Positions 57,413-64,000 of a DNA stretch of 64,000 bases are shown in pieces (position 1 is the first letter of the stretch; the number at the start of each line of letters is the position of its first letter). Both the position numbers and the translations under genes were made by a program. The notes below the pieces were generated by a model. It saw nothing but the letters and a program-made list of their open reading frames with translations. It searched no databases and had not been told where the DNA came from. Source of the stretch: Hyphomonadaceae bacterium (GTDB lineage Bacteria > Pseudomonadota > Alphaproteobacteria > Caulobacterales > Hyphomonadaceae); assembly GCA_028285145.1 (NCBI GenBank), contig JANQQC010000006.1:12025-76024 (forward strand). The letters run 5' to 3'.

Positions 57413-58426
57413 TACCAGACTGTAAATGGTGCAGTGTGGATGGGTTGGGATACGGTGATGTTAACCTTCGAGAAAGATCGAACGCCGATTCTTGGACGCT
57501 GGAACGCGACGGTGAATAAGATCGCGCGCTGGTGGAACACGATGACTGATGCAGAGCAAAGACAGGTAGTTATGCGCGGCGCGAGCGTCGCTGCGTGCGC
57601 CGTTGCTGTATCCGTTGCCCTGCCGACGATTTCGGTCAGCTACGAGACCAAGCGTGACGAAGCTCATCAGCGTGATCAGGCGACACTGTTTGCCGAAACT
57701 GAGAATGCGAGCGAAACCGTTCGCCGGGATCGCCATGCGCCCGCGCTGCTGGATCATCCATGGCTGGTCAACGTCGAATACTCGCTGACGCGCGACCCGA
57801 ATGCCGTGCTCAGCCGTTACACGATGCGCGACCGTGACGGCGCTGCGGTCTCAACAGTTACGAGCTTTGACCGGCGTCATCTCGACAAGGCGGAAAATGT
57901 CGCCGCAGAATTCCAGTGCATGTCCGAAGCGGTTTACTACGAAGCCCGCTCCGAAAGCACGGAAGGTCAGCTAGCCGTTGCCGAAGTTATTGCCAATCGC
58001 GTGCGCGACCACCGCTATCCGAACACCGTCTGCGACGTTGTCTATCAGGGCGCGACCCGCACGACCGGATGCCAGTTCACCTTTACCTGCGATGGTGCCA
58101 TGGATCGCAAGCCTGTCGGTGAGCGCTGGCGCAAGGCGCAGCTCGTTGCTTCTCATGTCCTTATGGACGTGAATGAGCGCCGCACCGGCTCTGCAACCCA
58201 CTATCATGCGACTTATGTCGACCCGGTCTGGAATTCCGGCCTGATCCGCACGAGCCGTATCGGTGCGCATATCTTCTACCGGTTCCCACAGGGCCGCGAA
58301 TGGGCTCAGGTTCGCACCGCGATGGCCGAACGCCGCGCTACGACTCAACGCGCGCTTCAGGCGATCTCGGCAGAGGCCCCGGCGGCACCCGCCACGACAC
58401 GGGTGCTGACGCCAGCGCCTGCATAA
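57395..58426 (+). CDS. Cell wall hydrolase, SleB family (N-terminal anchor region plus C-terminal hydrolase domain)
   Basis: The C-terminal domain has EAVYYEARSES..GQLAVAEVIANRV....YPNTVCDVV.Q....CQFTF.CDG. The true start may be an internal ATG (for example MLTFEK or MTDAEQ). Confidence 0.75.
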   Translation: MRNKPHYQTVNGAVWMGWDTVMLTFEKDRTPILGRWNATVNKIARWWNTMTDAEQRQVVMRGASVAACAVAVSVALPTISVSYETKRDEAHQRDQATLFAETENASETVRRDRHAPALLDHPWLVNVEYSLTRDPNAVLSRYTMRDRDGAAVSTVTSFDRRHLDKAENVAAEFQCMSEAVYYEARSESTEGQLAVAEVIANRVRDHRYPNTVCDVVYQGATRTTGCQFTFTCDGAMDRKPVGERWRKAQLVASHVLMDVNERRTGSATHYHATYVDPVWNSGLIRTSRIGAHIFYRFPQGREWAQVRTAMAERRATTQRALQAISAEAPAAPATTRVLTPAPA

Positions 58427-58436
58427 CCGGTCAATC

Positions 58437-59096
58437 ATGTCGGAAAACAAAGTCTTTGAGGCCGTGGATGACTACATTCACGGCCTTTTCGTTGAAGCCG
58501 ATCCGGTCCTCGATGACATTCTTGCGCGTTCGGCTGACGCTGGGCTGCCGGACATCCAGGTCTCACCGGGGCAGGGCAAGCTTCTTTATCTGCTGACGAA
58601 AATGATCGGGGCGAGCCGTGTGCTCGAAATCGGCACACTGGGCGGATACTCGACGGTTTGGCTCGGCCGCGCCATGTCCGGAGGGGAGCTTGTCACGATC
58701 GAATTCGATGACGCTCATGCCGCCTTTGCGCGTGAAACGCTGGATCAGGCGGGCCTGAAACCGGAATCACAGGTGCTGACCGGGCGCGCTCTTGATATCC
58801 TGCCCGCTCTTGAGCCGCCCTTCGATGTGGTGTTCCTCGACGCAAACAAGGATTCCTATCCGGCCTATCTGCGCCATGCCGTCCGGCTAACCCGGCCCGG
58901 CGGACTCATTATCGCTGACAATGTCGTGCGCGACGGTGCCGTACTCGCGCCGGAAGGTGTTGACCCGCAGGCCGTCGGAGCTGCGGCGTTCAATCAGGCT
59001 CTCGCCGAGCATCCTGCTCTGGAGGCGATTATCCTCCAGCAGGTCGGCATGAAAGGGCATGACGGCCTCGCGATCGCGCGCGTGAAAGACAGCTAG
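58437..59096 (+). CDS. Class I SAM-dependent O-methyltransferase (caffeoyl-CoA OMT-like, COG4122)
   Basis: It has VLEIGTLGGYST and FDVVFLDANKDSYPAYL motifs. Confidence 0.85.
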   Translation: MSENKVFEAVDDYIHGLFVEADPVLDDILARSADAGLPDIQVSPGQGKLLYLLTKMIGASRVLEIGTLGGYSTVWLGRAMSGGELVTIEFDDAHAAFARETLDQAGLKPESQVLTGRALDILPALEPPFDVVFLDANKDSYPAYLRHAVRLTRPGGLIIADNVVRDGAVLAPEGVDPQAVGAAAFNQALAEHPALEAIILQQVGMKGHDGLAIARVKDS

Positions 59097-59902
59097 GCCC
59101 GTTCAGGCACCCCTTTCATGACTTGTTTGCGTAGCCGACCCGGCAGGAAACGCGCGACAAACCGGGCGCGTTCTGCATCCTTGCCAACCATGTAATGGAT
59201 ATCCTTGCCGTGTGCGGCTTCCCAGGCGCGCTCGGCGGCCATCGACACCGGATAGACGTTCTGCCCGGAAGCCTCGATATCGTCCTTCATACGGTGATTG
59301 CTTCCCTCATGGCTTGGCATGTCGAGGATCGGCGTGTCGATGAACCAGGGCATCAGGCTGGTGACACGAACGTCGATGTCGCGAAACTCCGCGTCCAGCG
59401 CCTCTGTCAGCCCGCGAACCGCGAACTTCGTCGCTGAATACACGGCCAGTTGCGGCGATCCGACGATACCGGCTGTTGAAGCGGTGTTCACAACGCGCGC
59501 GCCTGAAGTCTGCCGCAGAAGCGGCAGGCAGGCATAGATCCCGTTGACGACGCCCTTTACGTTTACATCGACGATCCAGTCGGAGTCTTCCGGTGTGATC
59601 TCCTCAAACCAGCCGTGACGACCAACGCCGGCATTGTTGAAAAGCACATTCATCGCGCCTTCAGTGGCTTCGCTGAACCCGGCGACGGCTGCTTTCCAGT
59701 CTGCTCGTTCCCGCACATCCAGCTTACCAGATGTGCAATTGGCGGAGCCAATTTCATTCGCCACTTCTGTCAGGCCAGTCTCGTTGACATCGTAAAGACC
59801 AACAAACCAGTCCCGCTCTGCAAAGTATCTTGCCGTCTCCGCACCGATACCGGAGGCGGCACCTGTGACGAAAATGCTCTTTCGTCCACGTGCTTCTGCC
59901 AT
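59093..59902 (-). CDS. SDR family oxidoreductase
   Basis: It has TGAASGIG, NNAG and the catalytic YSATK. Confidence 0.85.
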   Translation of the reverse strand: MAEARGRKSIFVTGAASGIGAETARYFAERDWFVGLYDVNETGLTEVANEIGSANCTSGKLDVRERADWKAAVAGFSEATEGAMNVLFNNAGVGRHGWFEEITPEDSDWIVDVNVKGVVNGIYACLPLLRQTSGARVVNTASTAGIVGSPQLAVYSATKFAVRGLTEALDAEFRDIDVRVTSLMPWFIDTPILDMPSHEGSNHRMKDDIEASGQNVYPVSMAAERAWEAAHGKDIHYMVGKDAERARFVARFLPGRLRKQVMKGVPERA

Positions 59903-59932
59903 TTCCTCTGTCCCTCTCGTTTTAGGGACAGG

Positions 59933-60781
59933 TCAGGCGACATCGAGCCCCACGTCAAGGTTTGGCGCGGAATGAGTGAGCGCGCCCACTGAGATGAAGT
60001 CAACGCCGGTTTCGGCGATACCCGCAACCGTTTCCAGCGTCACGCCGCCGGAGGCTTCGGCGGCACATCGTCCGTCGATCATGGTCACCGCCTGGCGCAG
60101 TGTTTCATTGTCCATATTGTCGAGCAGGATGGCATGAGGTGCATGTGGCAGCGCCTCTTCAAGCTGGTCCAGCGTGTCGACCTCGATCTCGATCATCCGG
60201 AGATGACCGGCATAGGCCTTGGCCCGGGTCAGCGCATCGGCAATGGAACCGCAGGCCGCGATGTGATTGTCCTTGATCAGGATGGCATCGTCTAGACCGT
60301 AACGGTGAGCGGTTCCGCCGCCACATCGCACGGCGCGCTTCTCCAGCGCGCGATGGCCGGGGGTCGTCTTGCGCGTGCAGACGATCTTCGTACCGGTATG
60401 AGCAACGGCATCAACGAAGGCCGATGTCATTGTCGCTACACCGGATAAGCGACCGATAAAGTTCAACATCGCACGCTCGGCTGTCAGGATGGATCGGGCA
60501 GGGCCGTCCATTCGGCCGATGACATCGCCGTGGGTCAGCGCGTCACCATCCGCCATGGCGAGTGATAGTGATACTGACGGGTCGACCAGTTTGAGCGCGT
60601 AGCTGGCGGCATCGAGTCCAGCTAGCCGACCGGCTTTGCGCGCCCGTATTTCGACTTGCATGCGGGTGTCGGGTGGAATGGTTGCATCCGTCGTCAGGTC
60701 TCCGGCGCGCCCAAGATCCTCGGCAAGTGTGAGGCGGACAATCGGATCAAGGATAACATCTGGCAAGGGGGGCGGCATCAT
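59933..60781 (-). CDS. nadC: Nicotinate-nucleotide diphosphorylase (carboxylating)
   Basis: 282 aa with the QPRTase pattern (RKTTPG, IKDNHI, LLDNM). Its start overlaps the nadB stop. Confidence 0.92.
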   Translation of the reverse strand: MMPPPLPDVILDPIVRLTLAEDLGRAGDLTTDATIPPDTRMQVEIRARKAGRLAGLDAASYALKLVDPSVSLSLAMADGDALTHGDVIGRMDGPARSILTAERAMLNFIGRLSGVATMTSAFVDAVAHTGTKIVCTRKTTPGHRALEKRAVRCGGGTAHRYGLDDAILIKDNHIAACGSIADALTRAKAYAGHLRMIEIEVDTLDQLEEALPHAPHAILLDNMDNETLRQAVTMIDGRCAAEASGGVTLETVAGIAETGVDFISVGALTHSAPNLDVGLDVA

Positions 60782-62331
60782 CAGGCGGCTCCTACGGTGA
60801 CCGGGGTCCGGTCCTCTGAAACAAGGAATGAGCGTACAGCTATATTATCTGTGTTCGGATGGTCGGCGCGGAAATGTCCGCCGCGGCTTTCAGCACGGGC
60901 CTGTGCAGCATCGACCATCAGGCTGGCCGTTACCAGCGCGCGGGCCGGGCCATGGCGGTCCAGCGCACTGCCAATCCAGTCCATGAGAGAGTTCAGGCTC
61001 TCCGCGTCGCGGATGACGCCGCAATCCTCAGCCATTCGGCTTCTCAGTGTGCTCAGCGCTTCGGCTGGCAGATCTTCCGGGACCCAGCCTTCGCTGGGTC
61101 CAGGGTCTGTCAGGTCTGCTTCGCGCAGGCGGGTCGCAATGCGGTGTGCGAAGACAACGGCCTCGAGCAGGGAGTTTGATGCAAGGCGATTGGCCCCATG
61201 GGCTCCCGTCGATGCGCACTCCCCGCAGACCGACAGGCCGTTAAGCGTGGTCCGGCCCCACATGTCGGCGACGATGCCGCCCATATGATAATGGGCGGCA
61301 GGGGCCACCGGGATTGGCGCGATGCGGGGATCGATCCCAGCCTCCATGCAGGCGGAGAAGACGGTTGGGAAATGGCTCGGGAAGGCGTCTCCGACGGCCT
61401 CGCGGCAATCCAGGAATGCTCCGCGGCCGGCTGCGCGCTCGGCATGGATCGCCCGGGCGACATCATCGCGGGGCGCAAGTTCTCCGAGCGCATGGTAGCG
61501 GTCCATGAAGGCTTCGCCGGTGCCGTCGAGCAGGGTCGCGCCTTCTCCGCGTAGGGCCTCGGTAGCCAGCGGTGCCGGATCGGCTCCGATATCGATTGCG
61601 GTTGGGTGGAATTGAACAAACTCCGGATCAGCGATCAGCGCGCCGGCCGTCCAGGCCATGGCCATGGCATCGCCGCGCGCGGAAACAGGATTTGTCGTAA
61701 CACGGAACAGCCCGCCGGTGCCGCCGGTACAGAGCACCGTCTCGCGGGCGGGGCGTGGTGTTCGCCGCCCCGTTGCATCTTCCAGAACGACGCCTGCGAT
61801 CCGGCCGCCTTCGTCTTGCAGGAGCGCGACGGCTTTCTGGGTTTCGATGAGCGTGATGTGTTCTGTGGCCTGCGCGGCTTCTGCCAGTGCGCCCATAATG
61901 GCCTTGCCCGCAAGATCGCCGGCGACGCGCGCCACGCGGGCCTGGGAGTGAGCTGCCTCAAGAGACAGGGCGAGAGCTCCGTCCGGTGTCCGGTCAAAGG
62001 GCACGCCAAGCGCAACAAGATCGCGCACGCGAGCCGGACCGTCTTCAGCAATCAGCCGGGCGATAACCGGATCGACGAGTCCTTTTCCGGCTGCCAGTGT
62101 GTCTGCGGCATGCTGGGCCGGGGAGTCCTCAGGCGACAGTGCTGCGGCCAGCCCGCCCTGTGCCCAGGCCGAGGACGAGGCTTGTCCGAGCGGGGCAGGC
62201 GAGATCACTGTGCAGGGGCGTGGTGCAAGTTCCAGCGCTAGAAAAAGCCCCGCCAGCCCCGCGCCGACGATCAGGACATCATGGTCTTGCGGGATCGCGC
62301 CCGCATGGTGGAAGCTGTTTGACTGTGTCAT
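60781..62331 (-). CDS. nadB: L-aspartate oxidase
   Basis: It has the FAD motif DVLIVGAGLAGL, HYHMGG and GANRLASNSLLE. The ATG at 62331 is chosen over 62388. Confidence 0.92.
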   Translation of the reverse strand: MTQSNSFHHAGAIPQDHDVLIVGAGLAGLFLALELAPRPCTVISPAPLGQASSSAWAQGGLAAALSPEDSPAQHAADTLAAGKGLVDPVIARLIAEDGPARVRDLVALGVPFDRTPDGALALSLEAAHSQARVARVAGDLAGKAIMGALAEAAQATEHITLIETQKAVALLQDEGGRIAGVVLEDATGRRTPRPARETVLCTGGTGGLFRVTTNPVSARGDAMAMAWTAGALIADPEFVQFHPTAIDIGADPAPLATEALRGEGATLLDGTGEAFMDRYHALGELAPRDDVARAIHAERAAGRGAFLDCREAVGDAFPSHFPTVFSACMEAGIDPRIAPIPVAPAAHYHMGGIVADMWGRTTLNGLSVCGECASTGAHGANRLASNSLLEAVVFAHRIATRLREADLTDPGPSEGWVPEDLPAEALSTLRSRMAEDCGVIRDAESLNSLMDWIGSALDRHGPARALVTASLMVDAAQARAESRGGHFRADHPNTDNIAVRSFLVSEDRTPVTVGAA

Positions 62332-62338
62332 GGGCAGA

Positions 62339-62773
62339 TTAGGATATGCCCTCGGCCATACGCCGAAATTCAGCGGCATGCGAGCCATGAGAGAGCAAGG
62401 CCCCGATCATCCGTGTCTCGCTCTTGATGGTGAGGATGAAGTTGTCGGGCCAGTAGCCGGGTGTCGGAGGGCCCTCCAGAAACTCTTCGATCTCGGAATT
62501 GATAATGAGCTGGCCGCCTGAGCGTTTCGCAGTGCAGGACTGGCGGACCACGTAGGTGATGTCCGTACAGGCCTGCCGTGCTGTCAGCTCGCAGGCGTGG
62601 AGATCGGGTGAGGTCCCAGGCGTGAGATGAGCAACACCGGTGAATTCGCAATTGTCGTAAGTATTGGCCACGAAAGACCATGATCCGATGACGGATACCT
62701 CATCCGGGGACACATCAGCCTGAGCGGCCGCGCCTGAGACCAAAATGGCCAGAGAGGCGGCCAGCGTTTTCAC
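62339..62773 (-). CDS. Exported 4-Cys protein of unknown function (paralog B)
   Basis: It has a signal peptide (MKTLAASLAILVSGAAAQA) and aligns along its length with the upstream ORF. It lies 7 nt upstream of nadB. Confidence 0.6.
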   Translation of the reverse strand: MKTLAASLAILVSGAAAQADVSPDEVSVIGSWSFVANTYDNCEFTGVAHLTPGTSPDLHACELTARQACTDITYVVRQSCTAKRSGGQLIINSEIEEFLEGPPTPGYWPDNFILTIKSETRMIGALLSHGSHAAEFRRMAEGIS

Positions 62774-63258
62774 GAAACAGCTTCCGGCATGCGTCGGAAC
62801 TCCACCGGTGCGTTCACGGCGGACACAAGCGAGCCATACATGCGCTCGGCGCTCTGAATGGTCAGGGCGAAATTGTCCGGAACATAGGAGTAGCCCGGCG
62901 CGTCCGTGTCGAACTTGGATTCCAGCATCTGCTCAATCTTCGATCGCACCGAGACCTGATTGCCGAACCGGCGCGCTTCACAGGACTGCACTACAACCGA
63001 CCGCCCCCAGAGCGAGCAGACTTCGACTGCGGTCAGCTCGCAGTCATACACACCCTCTTCGTCATTGTGTGTCAGCCGCATGGTTCCGGTCATCCCACAG
63101 GTGCCGTCGCGATACGGCTTGGTCTGAAAGGTCCACGACCCAAGAACGTCGTTTGGATCCTTATCGGCATGGGAGACGGGAGTTGTACAAAGCATTGCGA
63201 GGCCCACAAGCAAGGGTTTCAGCCGTGACGGCATCTTGTGAACCTCCGATAATCCCAA
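62770..63258 (-). CDS. Exported 4-Cys protein of unknown function (paralog A)
   Basis: It has a signal peptide (...LAMLCTTPVSHA) and overlaps paralog B by 4 nt. Shared blocks are GSW.F, CELTA, VV.QSC.A.R, PDNF.LTI.S.ERM.G.L.S and EFRRM.E..S. Confidence 0.6.
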   Translation of the reverse strand: MGLSEVHKMPSRLKPLLVGLAMLCTTPVSHADKDPNDVLGSWTFQTKPYRDGTCGMTGTMRLTHNDEEGVYDCELTAVEVCSLWGRSVVVQSCEARRFGNQVSVRSKIEQMLESKFDTDAPGYSYVPDNFALTIQSAERMYGSLVSAVNAPVEFRRMPEAVS

Positions 63259-63310
63259 ACGCTGTCGAGCTTACGCCACGGTTAGCCCGTTTCAAGGCAC
63301 CAAGGTGCCT

Positions 63311-64000
63311 CTATACGTATTCTACATCCAGTGGGGCCATGCCGACTTCGAAGTCGAGCGGTGTTTCCATCTTCGGAAGCGCCATCATGGCATCAAGTGC
63401 TGCCTTGGCTCTCACGCGAACATCTTCCTCGATCTCAACCTCGTGTTTCATGTCCGTGAGGCAGTCATAGATGTTCTCAAGCGTGATGCGCTTCATGTGC
63501 GGGCAGAGATTGCACGGACGCACGAAATTCACACCGGGGTTTTCCGCCGCCACATTGTCCGACATTGAACACTCGGTGAGCAGAACCACCTTGTTGGGGC
63601 TCTTATCCTTCACATAGTTGGCGAGCGCTGCCGTTGAGCCAGCATAATCAGCGGCCTCAAGGACATCTGGTGGGCATTCCGGGTGCGCCAGAATAACGAC
63701 ACCAGGATGAGCATCCCGCAACTGGGAGACATCGTCTGCATTGAAGAGCTCATGCACTTCGCACGCGCCCGGCCATGTCATGATGCGAATATCAGTCATC
63801 GCAGCGACATTTTTGGCCAGATACTGGTCCGGTACGAGGATCACAGTGTCTGTGTTCCATTCCTTCGCGACGGCTTCAACGACCTGAACCGCGTTGGAGC
63901 TAGTACAGGTGATGTCGCATTCAGCCTTCACGTCAGCACTCGTATTCACGTAGGTGACGACCGGATAGTCCGGATACTTCTCCTTGATTAGGCGCACATC
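63311..64000 (-). CDS. nadA: Quinolinate synthase; 5' part lies beyond the window edge
   Basis: It has VTYVNTSADVKAECDITCTSSNAV, HPECPP and CPHMK motifs. The frame is open to position 64000. Confidence 0.9.
   Translation of the reverse strand, partial: DVRLIKEKYPDYPVVTYVNTSADVKAECDITCTSSNAVQVVEAVAKEWNTDTVILVPDQYLAKNVAAMTDIRIMTWPGACEVHELFNADDVSQLRDAHPGVVILAHPECPPDVLEAADYAGSTAALANYVKDKSPNKVVLLTECSMSDNVAAENPGVNFVRPCNLCPHMKRITLENIYDCLTDMKHEVEIEEDVRVRAKAALDAMMALPKMETPLDFEVGMAPLDVEYV

Overview
This is a 64-kb chromosomal segment of about 60% GC, densely packed with about 68 protein-coding genes. I found no rRNA, tRNA, CRISPR array, transposase, integrase or other mobile-element signature in the intergenic regions I read. 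The gene content points to an alphaproteobacterium. It has a CcrM-type GANTC adenine methyltransferase, an F0 ATP synthase operon (atpI-atpB-atpE-atpF'-atpF) with both b and b' subunits, a split glycine dehydrogenase (gcvPA/gcvPB), a GTTC-N7-GTTC SOS box, and a DUF721-dsbA-smc string divergent from mutY. Assignment to a marine Caulobacterales/Hyphomonadaceae-like lineage is only an inference. Most of the window is core housekeeping: argS, glyQS, gluQ, pdxH, gcvTH-PA-PB behind a tandem glycine riboswitch, smc, mutY, ccrM, ETF-QO, ispE, ispB, ppdK and nadABC. I see no self-contained defence island or mobile accessory module. Five loci deserve follow-up. (1) Two paralogous exported 4-Cys proteins sit inside the nadA-nadB-nadC operon. 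(2) A translationally coupled operon (family-4 UDG, small membrane protein, GT2, DUF2064 transferase) lies directly upstream of a radical SAM (PA0069/SplB-like) gene that carries a perfect alpha-type SOS box. (3) A MarR-controlled hppD-VOC-lipoprotein-FAH cluster has no canonical homogentisate dioxygenase in the window. (4) A double-CDGSH iron-sulfur protein sits between glyQ and glyS. (5) Several small RNA or regulatory structures are visible, including an SD-sequestering hairpin, a 22-bp operator palindrome and a structured ppdK-sleB intergenic region. All family assignments come from motif and sequence recognition by eye; no database search was run.
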